Shown: positions 1-9,483, counted from the stretch's first letter. The stretch: DNA of 32,000 nt from Okeania sp. (GCF_035285525.1 NZ_JAYKGW010000028.1:1-32000), one strand, 5' to 3'. Made by a program: numbers and translations. Notes: generated by a model from the sequence alone, not told the origin.

Positions 1-893
1 TTCAAGTTGAATGCCATTGTACTGATTCCTAATGCTGTGAACCAGATTCCTACTACTGGCCATGCTCCTAAGAAGAAGTGTAAGGAACGGCTGTTGTTGA
101 AGGAAGCATATTGGAAGATTAAACGACCGAAGTAGCCGTGAGCTGCTACTATGTTATAAGTTTCTTCTTCTTGACCGAACTTGTAACCATAGTTCTGAGA
201 TTCAGACTCGGTTGTTTCACGTACTAAGGAAGATGTTACTAAGCTTCCGTGCATGGCACTGAATAATGAACCACCGAATACACCTGCTACACCTAACATG
301 TGGAATGGGTGCATTAAGATATTGTGCTCTGCTTGGAACACTAACATGAAGTTGAATGTTCCAGATATTCCTAATGGCATACCATCGGAGAAGGAACCTT
401 GTCCGATTGGATAGATTAAGAATACTGCTGTTGCTGCTGCTACTGGAGCAGAGTAAGCTACACATATCCAAGGACGCATACCTAAACGGTAAGATAGTTC
501 CCACTCACGACCCATGTAGCAAAATACACCTATTAAGAAGTGGAAAATTACTAACTGGTATGGACCGCCATTGTATAACCATTCGTCTAAGCTAGCTGCT
601 TCCCAGATTGGGTAGAAGTGAAGACCAATCGCGTTGGAGGAAGGTACTACTGCACCAGATACGATGTTGTTACCGTATAGTAAGGAACCAGCTACTGGTT
701 CACGGATACCATCAATATCTACTGGAGGTGCTGCTACGAAAGCGATAATATAGCAGATAGTAGCAGTTAAGAGGGTAGGGATCATTAATACACCGAACCA
801 GCCGATGTAAAGACGGTTATTAGTGCTAGTTACCCAAGCACAGAACCTTTCCCATACGTTAGCGCTTTGGCGCTGTTGTAAAGTAGTGGTCAT
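1..893 (-). CDS. psbA: Photosystem II reaction-centre protein D1, first 297 codons; the 3' end lies beyond the window edge
   Basis: Reverse-strand translation from ATG (893..891) reads [40 protein letters not shown]...[18 protein letters not shown]...[25 protein letters not shown]...[26 protein letters not shown]. It is missing from the ORF track only because it stays open to the window edge. Residue 130 is Glu. Confidence 0.97.
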   Translation of the reverse strand, partial: MTTTLQQRQSANVWERFCAWVTSTNNRLYIGWFGVLMIPTLLTATICYIIAFVAAPPVDIDGIREPVAGSLLYGNNIVSGAVVPSSNAIGLHFYPIWEAASLDEWLYNGGPYQLVIFHFLIGVFCYMGREWELSYRLGMRPWICVAYSAPVAAATAVFLIYPIGQGSFSDGMPLGISGTFNFMLVFQAEHNILMHPFHMLGVAGVFGGSLFSAMHGSLVTSSLVRETTESESQNYGYKFGQEEETYNIVAAHGYFGRLIFQYASFNNSRSLHFFLGAWPVVGIWFTALGISTMAFNL

Positions 894-954
894 AATTTAT
901 GATTGCTATGTATTTTTCAAGGTTCTCGGCAGCTTTTTTGCTACCTTGTTTACT

Positions 955-983
955 ATATTAATCATCTAATTTAGTTTTGTAAA
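955..983 (-). promoter_or_regulatory. Candidate sigma70-type psbA promoter
   Basis: On the minus strand, TTTACA (983..978), a 17-nt spacer and TAATAT (960..955) lie about 60 nt upstream of the psbA ATG. This is motif-only evidence. Confidence 0.4.
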
Positions 984-1072
984 GGGTTTTCATAAAAGTT
1001 TATTGGAATTTTTGAATAAGTTAGACTTATGCTTTGGAGGTAGAAGGCATTTCAATGATCAGTATTGTTTGA

Positions 1073-1107
1073 GGGAACAGGGAATAGGGAATAGGGAATA
1101 GGGAACA
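1073..1107. repeat. STRR-type heptamer tandem repeat GGGAA(C/T)A, 5 units
   Basis: The sequence reads gggaacagggaatagggaatagggaatagggaaca. Confidence 0.9.
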
Positions 1108-1252
1108 AGAAAAATAACTGTACTTCAAATAGTGCGGAAACTGCTGTAAGTCGATTTAGTATCATTATTTACCTTGAGGGTGGTTACCCAAGACAGGATT
1201 TTTTTATTAGAAAAAAACTGAATCTAGGTTTAGATATCATTTGAAAAGGCTA

Positions 1253-1339
1253 TATAGCAACCCTATTTGATTCGTGTAAAAGTTTCCGTTTTTTTTTATT
1301 TACTTTTTAATTTGTCACAACCTATTTAGGATTGCTATA
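1253..1339. repeat. Small inverted-repeat element with TATAGCAA termini
   Basis: The left arm is tatagcaaccctatttgattcgtgtaaaag. The reverse complement of the right arm is tatagcaatcctaaataggttgtgacaaatt. Related motifs occur at 27585..27615, 28061..28206 and inside the vapC insertion. Confidence 0.4.
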
Positions 1340-1561
1340 AGTAATTGAAAGTTAAATTAAGATAGAAAATGCTATTAGACTTTTCAACCTAAAAACCTAG
1401 ACTATTGAATATTAATATCTTCAAGCACTCTATCAAATAAATGTTGACTATTTAACCCAAATAAAGGATAATTAAATAATAAATAGATTAAATAGATTAA
1501 ATAGATTAAATACATTCATCTAAAGCTTTTTTTAAATCCCTAAATAATATATGAAAAAACC

Positions 1562-2044
1562 ATGCTAGAAAATCTAATTAAGTTTTTTGTTTACGAGACA
1601 AAAGGACATATTACAAAGATACAGTTAATTAAGTTCTTATATCTTGCAGATATTTACTCCGTTAAGTGGACAGGAAAACAACTAACTGAATTAGATTGGT
1701 ATTATTATAAACACGGTCCTTGCCATGAAGATATAGATACTGTTCTATAGCCCATGAATGGTAAAGAGATTTGTCAAGAATTAGAAGGACGGGTAAAATT
1801 TATTAGACTTGGCGCTGAAGCAGGAAAAACAGAGGACTTAAACTTACCTAGAAGTCTAATGTTAATGCTAGATAATATTAGGATAGAATGGGCAAGTTCA
1901 GGTTCAGATCAACTTAAGCAATTACTCGATTATGTTTATGAAACTGCTCCAATGGTAGTGGTGAAAGATATTCATAAACAAGAAAAAATTAAACTTAACT
2001 TGCCAAAAGAAAGAGAAAAGCTAATTGAGGAGTTAGCTCTTTAA
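1562..2044 (+). pseudogene. Panacea (DUF4065) / SocA-like antitoxin-domain protein interrupted by an in-frame TAG
   Basis: ORFs 1562..1750 and 1754..2044 share one frame and are separated only by TAG at 1748..1750 (...EDIDTVL*PMNGKEI...). The N-terminal ITKIQLIKFLYLADIYSVKWTGKQLTELDWYYYKHGPCHEDI matches the Panacea-domain pattern (KLxKLLYxAD...G.PL....Y.A...GPV) as I remember it. Confidence 0.55.
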
Positions 2045-2224
2045 AGTAGTTGAACAAAAACCCCAAAAATCTAGAAAAGGAATGAATAATTAATAATTAA
2101 TAATATCTCAGACTATATCTAATTATTAATTGAAAAGGAGAGGCTTTAAATCTCTGACAATTAATTATCAATTATCCATTTAAGAAGATGAATTTACTTC
2201 TGAATTACCGTTAAAATATTATAA

Positions 2225-2869
2225 ATGCTATACATTAAAAACCTAAACTATCATCCACCAGCTAGTGTCACCCCTATCCTCAACAATATTAATATGGAAC
2301 TAGCACCTCAACAGATGGGCTTAATTATTGGTCGTAGTGGTTCCGGCAAAAGTACATTATTAGAAATATTAGCTGGTTTAGCTCAATTTTCCAAAGGAGA
2401 AATATACTGGAGAGAGCAACAATTAACTTCTGAACATTTACAACAATTGGGTGGTTTAGTATTTCAATTTCCAGAAAGACATTTTTGTGGTGCTAGTATT
2501 CTAGAAGAATTACGATTAGGTCATCCAGAATTAAGACCAGAACAAATATCTTCTGCTTTGGAAGAAGTAGCACTTCAGCACTTACCATTAAATACGTCGC
2601 CCCAAGCATTAAGTGGTGGTCAGCAACGTCGTCTCGCTTTGGCAGTACAATTAATTAGACAACCTCATTTATTAATGTTAGATGAACCAACTGCTGGATT
2701 AGATTGGTCAATAAGGAAACAATTGGTAAATTTATTAGCTAAACTAAAAAATCATTGGAGTTTATTGGTTGTCACCCATGATTCTAGTGACCTTTTACCT
2801 ATAGCTGATCAATGTTGGACTTTAGATAAAGGTAATTTAGAGAAGTCAGAAATTAGGACTGATAATTAA
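2225..2869 (+). CDS. ABC transporter ATP-binding protein (ECF/cobalt CbiO-like, single NBD)
   Basis: It has Walker A GRSGSGKST, the signature LSGGQQRR, Walker B LLMLDEPTAGLD and the H-loop VVTHD. Length is 214 aa. Confidence 0.88.
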   Translation: MLYIKNLNYHPPASVTPILNNINMELAPQQMGLIIGRSGSGKSTLLEILAGLAQFSKGEIYWREQQLTSEHLQQLGGLVFQFPERHFCGASILEELRLGHPELRPEQISSALEEVALQHLPLNTSPQALSGGQQRRLALAVQLIRQPHLLMLDEPTAGLDWSIRKQLVNLLAKLKNHWSLLVVTHDSSDLLPIADQCWTLDKGNLEKSEIRTDN

Positions 2870-3170
2870 TAACTGATAACTGATTTTAGGGTACTAAATT
2901 TGTGACTGAAACTGTATATATCAAAACCAGTATAAGTATAATTGGCTATTACCAAACAATTAATAATTAATAGTTAATAATTAATCATCAAGAGTTTATA
3001 GTTAATAATTATTCATTCAACAATTCAGATTGAAAGCCTCCCTTTTGAGGGGATAAATAAAAAATTTTCTTTTTACTCAATCCCCTTCTTAAAAGAAGGG
3101 GTAATTTTTAATTGTTAATTGCTGAACAACTATTTGTACTCCTTTGGAGCTAACAGGAGATTAAATAAAT

Positions 3171-3356
3171 ATGTGGCATGATGAAGTATTAGCAGAAATT
3201 TATAAATACCGACAAGAATATGCTAAATCTTTTAATTATAACTTACACGCTATGGTTGAAGATTTAGAAAAAAACAAGTTGCTCGTGGCAGAAAAATCAT
3301 TGCTACACCAGTCAAACCTGCCCAACAAAAAAAACAAATCTTTAGTTGAAACTTAA
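3171..3356 (+). CDS. Small hypothetical protein (61 aa)
   Basis: The ORF lies 48 nt upstream of the next gene on the same strand. The N-terminal half MWHDEVLAEIYKYRQEYAKSFNYNLHAMVEDLEK looks like a short helical protein. A second frame is open from the A7 run at 3268..3274 almost to the same end. Confidence 0.4.
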   Translation: MWHDEVLAEIYKYRQEYAKSFNYNLHAMVEDLEKNKLLVAEKSLLHQSNLPNKKNKSLVET

Positions 3357-3403
3357 AATTATGTACATCTTAAATGTTATATTATAAAAAAAGGAGGATA
3401 AAA

Positions 3404-4153
3404 ATGAGTCTAAATATTCAAAGTATAGTTAGTTCCATTAATCAAGAACTATCTCCTCAGTTCGAGGAAAAATTACGCAGTTATTTAATAGAACAAGATC
3501 AGGAATGGTTGATAGAGCAAATTGTACGTTTAACTTTAGATTCTTTCTATATAAAAAAGAAAGATATTAAAGCTATTCAAGAGCAAAAAGCTCAAGAGCG
3601 ACTTTCAAGAATAGAACGCCTAAAAAACATGGCATTAGACAGAGAAAAATTAAATGATTTTATCAAAAAGTATGACAAAATAGATCGCAATCAATTAATT
3701 GAAGTTGGATATTTAATTAATAATTCTCCAGCAAAAGGAACTGACTTAATAACAGAAAAATATAGGAGCGAAAAGGGAAATGAATTACTGATTCTAGCTA
3801 AAGATATGCTTTTTGCACTACTATTTGGAGATGAAAGTAATCATGTTAAATTTACTAGAATTGAACAGGAGTTATTAACATTAACTTTGCCTAGATTCAA
3901 GTCCGAATCATTAAATTTTATGAAAGCAACAACAGAAATGAGTGGTTTAGGAACTTGGCAAGATCCAGATAGTGTATCTAATGATTCACGGGCAGATAAT
4001 ATTATTTTGCAGGTCGAGTATGGAGAGATAGAAGGAGAATTAATAGGTGATGGTATTGTAACTTCCTTGAGCTTAATTAATAATCTAGAAATTAATGAGC
4101 AAATTCTCTATGCAAGAATGATAAATGTCGAACAAAGTACCTTAATTACTTAG
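3404..4153 (+). CDS. Hypothetical protein (about 249 aa) with a coiled-coil-rich N-terminal half and no domain recognisable by eye
   Basis: ATG at 3404 follows a strong SD, AAGGAGG (3391..3397). The ORF is open from 3374. The stop TAG at 4151..4153 lies in the terminus of the adjacent MITE-like element. Confidence 0.7.
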   Translation: MSLNIQSIVSSINQELSPQFEEKLRSYLIEQDQEWLIEQIVRLTLDSFYIKKKDIKAIQEQKAQERLSRIERLKNMALDREKLNDFIKKYDKIDRNQLIEVGYLINNSPAKGTDLITEKYRSEKGNELLILAKDMLFALLFGDESNHVKFTRIEQELLTLTLPRFKSESLNFMKATTEMSGLGTWQDPDSVSNDSRADNIILQVEYGEIEGELIGDGIVTSLSLINNLEINEQILYARMINVEQSTLIT

Positions 4154-4343
4154 GGCTTCCTGATTAAATATCAAATAATTTAACAGATAAAGGTTTGAGT
4201 TTTTTTAGGGATTTAAAAAGTATTTAATTTTCAACTATTCATGCTCAAAAAATTAGTATTTTTGGCAAGAGTTAGAAAAAAAAATACTTCCCTACTCTTT
4301 CACTCCCAACTCCTTAAAAAAGACTTTTTCAGCCAACCCTAAT
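4151..4343. mobile_element. MITE-like element, family 2 (TTAGGGYTTGCTGA inverted termini)
   Basis: The left end is ttagggcttcctgattaaatatcaaa. The right end is aaaagactttttcagccaaccctaa. Both are homologous to the copies at 9484, 18895, 25746 and 27719. Confidence 0.7.
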
Positions 4344-4422
4344 TAATATTACTACTCTCCAATAATTTTTAGTTCTTCAACAGTCAACTCATGCAAACTT
4401 TTAACCGTTTTCTTCCGGCAAA

Positions 4423-5038
4423 TCAGTCAACCTCATAAACTACTTTTCCCTCAATATTTCTCAACGTCACATTCATTACCTCTGTACTACGATCAATTTT
4501 CACCGTACCAAAAAATTGTCAACCCTTGCTTGGAGAAAAATTGCTCGCCTTATCCTCAACCTTAACACTTTGATACTTCACCACCAGACCAAAAGTTTCA
4601 GAATTTAACAGTCCACTCACAAATTCCCAGATTGGAACACTATAAATTTTAGTATCTGATAAATCTTGGAAACTTACACGATAAAATATTTGTTCAGAAG
4701 TGGGTAGAATAGAAAGGTTGACCTTAGCAGTAAAATCGTTAGTCTCCAAAGCAGCAAGTCCAATAATTTTTGGGGCATTTTAGGAAGATTCATGATATGG
4801 CATATTCCACTATCATTCGAGTTGGGCGATCGCTCCGACTCCAAATGACCACCTTTCCTAAACCAGAAATATCCCCACTAGCAAAGCAACTCCGTAGGGA
4901 ACTTGGACGTATCTTGTCTGAAGTAATAATCTCTGGTGTAGATGATTGGTTTGCTTTTGATTTTAGTATTGAATTATTAGTAATTAACTGACCACTAACT
5001 AAAGCAGAAGTAAGTAAAAATTGAGGACGGTTGACCAT
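4423..5038 (-). pseudogene. PhoD-family alkaline phosphatase remnant
   Basis: Three fragments remain. 5038..4790 reads MVNRPQFLL...CFASGDISGLGKVVIWSRSDRPTRMIVEYA (the PhoD N-terminal motif). After a frameshift, 4749..4519 reads DFTAKVNLSILPTSEQIFYRVSF...VPIWEFVSGLLNSETFG. An in-frame TGA sits at 4519..4521, followed by QFFGTVKIDRSTEVMNVTLRNIEGKVVYEVD*. The whole metallophosphatase core is missing. Confidence 0.6.
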
Positions 5039-5202
5039 TTCTATTATTAGTTGAAGTCAAGTATAGTTGACCAAAAAGTAAGGTTAATAGACTCCTTTTT
5101 AGCTGTATCTTATTAAAGAACTCCTAAAATATTGTGGGGAGCAGGGGAGAAGGCAGTAAAGAGTTATAGTAGCCTGGCAAAACTACTTAAATTATCAAAA
5201 AC

Positions 5203-5292
5203 AGGACTTACGCCAAGGTACTATATATAGAGTTAAAAAACTATTGCGTATGGGGTTTTCAGCACTATATCCAAGGTCGTTGCGTAAGTCCT
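5203..5292 (+). mobile_element. MITE-like element, family 1 subtype A (AGGACTTACGCA ... TGCGTAAGTCCT)
   Basis: The 90-bp element reads aggacttacgccaaggtactatatatagagtt...gttgcgtaagtcct. It is near-identical in architecture to the copies at 15936, 16320 and 30511. Confidence 0.75.
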
Positions 5293-5475
5293 GAAAAAAA
5301 TGTATTTTTTCAATACATTACATTTTTCTCCTGAGAAAACCTTTTCAAGGCTAATACATAACTTTTCTATTTTGTCAAGTTTTATTTTAAATAAAGATGT
5401 TGATAAAGCATAGTATTTTAAAAGAATCAAGAAAATCAACTTCAGTATTTTCAACCCAATGCTTTCGCCAAAGCT

Positions 5476-5564
5476 ACTAATAACTGATAACTGATAACTG
5501 ATAGAGGTACTTAAGAGCCAAAAACTGAAAACTGGCAACTAACCACTGATAACTGATAACTGAA
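5476..5564. repeat. Two STRR blocks of the heptamer ACTGATA
   Basis: The blocks read actaataactgataactgataactgatag and actgataactgataactgaag. They lie directly upstream of cbiC. Confidence 0.85.
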
Positions 5565-5583
5565 GACAGGGGAATAATTTAAT

Positions 5584-6210
5584 ATGGAATGGCACATCAC
5601 AGATGCTCAAAGCTTAGGAATTATTGATAGGGAAATTGGTCTTCATGCCTTATCTCCTGCTGAGTATGAAATAGTTCGGCGGGTAATATATGCTACGGCA
5701 GACTTTCAATATAAGTCTCTAATTAGTTTTTCTGAACACGCTTTACAGTCTGGAGCTGCTGCTTTAGCTGCTCGTACAACTATTGTAGTCGATGTGCCAA
5801 TGGTACAGGTGGGTATTACACCAGTTATTCAAAATACTTTCGCTAACCCTGTTTACTGTTCGATGGATGCTATAACTAGGCCCCAGAAGGAAAAAACTAC
5901 TGCTGCTTGGGGACTTGAAACTTTGGCTAAACGTTATCCAGAAGGAATTTTTGTGATTGGTGAAGCTCAGACTGCTCTCTCTACAATTGTTGATTTAATT
6001 GAAGCGGAAGAAATTAGGCCAGCTTTGGTTGTTGGGACTCCTTCTGGTTTTGTCGGGGTGGATGTAGCTAAGTCACGTTTAAATGATTCAATGGTTCCCC
6101 ACATTAGAATTGATGGCCGTAAGGGTAGTGCTGTTGTCGCAGTTGCTATTGTTAATGGTTTAGTAGATTTGGCCTGGCAAGCTTATGGACAACAAGAACA
6201 AGGTAATTAA
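5584..6210 (+). CDS. cbiC: Precorrin-8X / cobalt-precorrin-8 methylmutase
   Basis: The 208-aa product contains EYEIVRRVIYATADFQY...TIVVDVPMVQVGI...EGIFVIGEAQTAL...LVVGTPSGFVGV...GRKGSAVVAVAIVN, typical of the CbiC/CobH family. Confidence 0.9.
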   Translation: MEWHITDAQSLGIIDREIGLHALSPAEYEIVRRVIYATADFQYKSLISFSEHALQSGAAALAARTTIVVDVPMVQVGITPVIQNTFANPVYCSMDAITRPQKEKTTAAWGLETLAKRYPEGIFVIGEAQTALSTIVDLIEAEEIRPALVVGTPSGFVGVDVAKSRLNDSMVPHIRIDGRKGSAVVAVAIVNGLVDLAWQAYGQQEQGN

Positions 6211-6599
6211 TGGATAATTGATAATGGATAATTGATAATTAGGGTTTTTGGAAAAAAAGTAGACTGTGAGGAGGTTGGGAAGTATGGAGAAAATTAGTAA
6301 AAGCATCTTGCTCACGACTCAGTAAAAAACATGGTTTCAAGCATAATATAAAAAATATAAAAACAAGTTAATATAAGTATATTGCTAATAGATGAGTAAT
6401 AAAGATAGTCGAAAGAATTATCTCTTGATTTTTGTACAGTTATTATGCTAAGAGTTAAATGCTTACTTGCCGTATCATATTATTTACTCAAATTTTAGAT
6501 TATATCATATCCAGATTCAGTTATAAAAAACCTTTTCCCTTTCAACCAATATTCCCTTCTGCCTTCTGCTTTCTGCCTTCATTTCTCCAAAGTGTTTAA

Positions 6600-7289
6600 C
6601 TACTCAAAAGAACTATTAGATGTTTGCTGTTGTTTATTACTTTTACGAGATGAACGGACTTGATTAATAACATCAATAAACGCATCTCTTCTAAGATATG
6701 GATAATCACTAACCCATAAATTTGCCGTAGGAAGATAAACATCTGAATATTTAGCAATTGTTTCTAAATTTTGCTGATAAGACATTACTAACATTACAGC
6801 AACTTGACCTCTAGAAATACCTTGATGATGACGACGTAAAGGAGCTTGCATTTCAACTGTAAATCCTGTTTTATCTCCCAATTCTAAATTGATTCGTTGT
6901 TCTAAATTTTCTACTATTATTAACTCTCCTTTTTTATTAACTTTTTCTTCTTGACCAACTACTTCTTCAGTAAGATATACATCAAAAACTTTTCCTTGCC
7001 ATAAACCACTATATGGATAGCGTCTAAATTCTGCATTACGAAAACTAGCTAATAAAACAGGTCCCCAAAACCAATAAAGACCTGCGGCAATACCAATGGG
7101 TAAAAATAAAGGATCTCCATCATCGTGAATAAATACGTTAATTAAAATAAGTGCGAGGACTGAAATAGCAGAAATTAAAGCTCGTTTCAAAACATCAGAT
7201 AATTTGCCCCAATAATAATTATATTGATTTGCTGTAGCTACAATTGGAATTAATTCTTCAAACGTTTTACGAGTTAAAGGAACTAGCAT
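6600..7289 (-). CDS. Conserved cyanobacterial membrane protein of unknown function
   Basis: The 229-aa ORF has two predicted TM segments (ALISAISVLALILINVF and IGIAAGLYWFWGPVLLASF). It shows coding-like composition and no disruptions. Confidence 0.75.
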   Translation of the reverse strand: MLVPLTRKTFEELIPIVATANQYNYYWGKLSDVLKRALISAISVLALILINVFIHDDGDPLFLPIGIAAGLYWFWGPVLLASFRNAEFRRYPYSGLWQGKVFDVYLTEEVVGQEEKVNKKGELIIVENLEQRINLELGDKTGFTVEMQAPLRRHHQGISRGQVAVMLVMSYQQNLETIAKYSDVYLPTANLWVSDYPYLRRDAFIDVINQVRSSRKSNKQQQTSNSSFE

Positions 7290-7624
7290 TTATTAGTTTA
7301 AAATTTGAGGTTAATTGATTTATAAGTAAGGCAAAGAGTAGGGAGTTTTAGAGAAGTTGCAAAAGAAGGAAAAACCTTACATAAGTAAGGTAGATATTTC
7401 CCCTGATTTTACACAAATGATACCAATGGATATTATAATAACAAAAATGAATAAATGATAGAAATAACTGTCTAAAATTAATTGGAGTAGCTATTTTTCA
7501 GCATTTGCGATCAACATCTACTTTTAACAACGGAAAGTGCTGTATTATTTACTTGCCGTCATTTTGATTTTTGTAGTTATTCATATTGTTATAATTGTTA
7601 GTTAAATATTATTATGCAAAATTA

Positions 7625-7870
7625 ATGCAAAAATTCATACCGCCAATTATAATTAGTTTGATTATAGCACTTTGGGTAAGTAGTATTGCCATTCTTTCAA
7701 TTCAGAATGCTACCCCAGTATCTTTAAAATTTATTGGTTTTCAGTCGATAAATATTCCTATAGGAATTATCTTATCTTTCAGTGTGAGTATTGGCATTAT
7801 AATTAGTTCTCTAGTTATGCCACCTCTTTTTTATTTGAAAGATATGAAAGATAATCAAGAAGATTTTTAA
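7625..7870 (+). CDS. LapA-domain (DUF1049) small membrane protein
   Basis: The sequence IIISLIIALWVSSIAILSIQNATPVSLKFIGFQSINIPIGIILSF fits the ...QN..V.l.F......PlG pattern of this family. ATG is at 7625, and the ORF is open from TTG at 7595. Confidence 0.65.
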   Translation: MQKFIPPIIISLIIALWVSSIAILSIQNATPVSLKFIGFQSINIPIGIILSFSVSIGIIISSLVMPPLFYLKDMKDNQEDF

Positions 7871-7918
7871 TTTACTCAAAGACAGAATATCTCTGAGTAA
7901 AGTCATAATCATTTATAA

Positions 7919-8869
7919 TTATAATTTGTACACCTGACCATCAATAAGTAGTCGAGTAATTCCTTTCGCTTGCAAATAAACTGTAGTTTTCTGTAAAATT
8001 CTACCATCAGGAACTTTCAGTACCTTTTGATTATGGGTAGAAAATCTGTGAGCTACTCGGTGATTATCAAAAACTGGTAAAGTTATTTCCTGAGACTCTT
8101 CCGCAGGTATTTGTCCTAATTCTCCAAAAGCTATTAAAGGTTTAGTAACTAATTCTGTAAACTTATCTACTACTAAGTAACAAGTTTTTGGCAAAACCGA
8201 CGCAGTGAGAGTGTGAATTTTAATTTCAGACTGGCTAAAATTATTGTATATAGATAAATCATAAGAGTTGTCTATATCTTCCTCTCCATCGAAATTATCT
8301 TCATCATCGAACTCTTCCTCAAAATCTTCTAAATCATCATTTTCAAACTCATCTAAATTTTGAGGTTGCTCCTCTAAATCTACTGCTAAAATCTCTTCTA
8401 TCTCTTCAGTCTGCGAGTAATTATTTTCTAATTCATCATTTGATTTCTGATGATTTTGAGGAGCTAAAGATAACTCAGCAAGTTCTGTGGGTTGCTGTTG
8501 CTCTGTCTCATCATTATTAAATGCAGAAGAACGTCGGCGTCGTCTTTTGACAACCCCATCTGTTTCAACTTCTTTATTGTCTGATTTTTCTGCTTCTAAA
8601 CTTTCTCTAACTACTGGTTCATCTAAATCTTTAGTATCGTCATTTATTATATTATTATTATTTTTTTTTTGGGAACGAGATGGACGTTTTTGCTTTTGTT
8701 GAACTAGCTCTTTATACTTATCTTCTGGTATGCTACTTTGTAATAACCGTCTAATTGTAGAACTACTGACTCCATAGCGGTCTGCTAAAGTAATAGTATT
8801 CTCTTCTGTAGTTTGATACAGTTCAATAATTTCTAATTTTTCTGAATCTGACAGCTTTGTAGGTGTCAT
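7919..8869 (-). CDS. Helix-turn-helix protein with a long acidic low-complexity linker
   Basis: The N-terminus LSDSEKLEIIELYQTTEENTITLADRYGVSSSTIRRLL is HTH-like. The middle is rich in D, E and N, and the C-terminal roughly 100 aa look globular. The coding strand carries an A10 homopolymer at 8661..8670. Confidence 0.75.
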   Translation of the reverse strand: MTPTKLSDSEKLEIIELYQTTEENTITLADRYGVSSSTIRRLLQSSIPEDKYKELVQQKQKRPSRSQKKNNNNIINDDTKDLDEPVVRESLEAEKSDNKEVETDGVVKRRRRRSSAFNNDETEQQQPTELAELSLAPQNHQKSNDELENNYSQTEEIEEILAVDLEEQPQNLDEFENDDLEDFEEEFDDEDNFDGEEDIDNSYDLSIYNNFSQSEIKIHTLTASVLPKTCYLVVDKFTELVTKPLIAFGELGQIPAEESQEITLPVFDNHRVAHRFSTHNQKVLKVPDGRILQKTTVYLQAKGITRLLIDGQVYKL

Positions 8870-9116
8870 ACCACCTTCCCTAAAAAATATTTAACTAATT
8901 AATAAGATATACGCTATTTTCCAGCTTATACTAATATCTACGTTATAAAAATGCTAATTATAATGTTTTACTAAAAAAATTTTTGACAGTAAAGCTTATT
9001 TTAATTTATTCTTAAGTATTTTAGGAAATGCTTTAGCAATCTTGATTAGATGTTAAGAGAGAACATAATCAAGCTAGAAAAAGAATCCTTTTTTTCAATT
9101 TATTTACTCTTCGGGA

Positions 9117-9188
9117 AGCCCGTGACGAGGATTGAACTCGTGACCTCACCCTTACCAAGGGTGTGCTCTACCACTGAGCCACACGGGC
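9117..9188 (-). tRNA. tRNA-Thr, anticodon GGU
   Basis: The reverse complement GCCCGTGTGGCTCAGTGGTAGAGCACACCCTTGGTAAGGGTGAGGTCACGAGTTCAATCCTCGTCACGGGCT folds as a 72-nt cloverleaf. It has a 7-bp acceptor stem, a GCTC/GAGC D stem, a CACCC/GGGTG anticodon stem with loop TTGGTAA, and a TTCAATC T-loop. CCA is not encoded. Confidence 0.95.
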
Positions 9189-9311
9189 ATTTATAGTCAT
9201 TCTGGTTTAGACTAAGACAATAATTTATTACTATCAAAGAGTTTCAGCTAAAAAAATTTCTCATTCTGATTCAGAATAACTATATTTTCCAATCCTTTGA
9301 ATTTTAGTGAG

Positions 9312-9393
9312 TGGGCCGAGCTGGATTTGAACCAGCGTAGGCGTAGCCAGCGGATTTACAGTCCGCCCCCATTAACCACTCGGGCATCGACCC
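9312..9393 (-). tRNA. tRNA-Tyr, anticodon GUA (long variable arm)
   Basis: The reverse complement is GGGTCGATGCCCGAGTGGTTAATGGGGGCGGACTGTAAATCCGCTGGCTACGCCTACGCTGGTTCAAATCCAGCTCGGCCCA. The anticodon stem is GCGGA/TCCGC with loop CTGTAAA. It has a 13-nt variable arm and a GCTGG/CCAGC T stem. Confidence 0.95.
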
Positions 9394-9483
9394 TTGCTAC
9401 TCACATTTATATATAGTAACACAATAAATATTTTTGGCAATAGTTTTGTGAAAAAAAATTTAGAACCCGGGTTGATGGCCATG

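Noticed and set aside
217-595. Track ORFs 217..504(-) and 356..595(+)
   Set aside because: Both lie inside psbA in alternative frames or on the opposite strand. The D1 reading frame explains the region completely.
2113-3060. Inverted copies of a cagaNNttNaaagcctc repeat flanking the ABC ATPase gene, as a possible composite transposon
   Set aside because: The repeats are short (about 25 nt) members of a dispersed family, also seen at about 16040 and 20150. The enclosed gene looks like a conserved housekeeping ATPase, and no transposase is present.
4770-4991. Track ORF 4770..4991(+)
   Set aside because: It is antisense to the PhoD-like remnant, whose translation carries clear family motifs. 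It has no RBS and no recognisable features.
5233-5538. Track ORF 5233..5538(-), 101 aa
   Set aside because: It runs through a family-1 MITE and STRR heptamers. Its composition is AT-rich and low-complexity, and it is most likely non-coding.
5293-5583. Cobalamin riboswitch upstream of cbiC
   Set aside because: No B12-box-like GC-rich core is visible. The leader is AT-rich and consists of a family-1 MITE plus ACTGATA heptamers.
8487-8702. Track ORF 8487..8702(+)
   Set aside because: It is antisense to the acidic linker of the HTH protein, and its low-complexity Ser/Leu translation is an artefact of the repeat codons.
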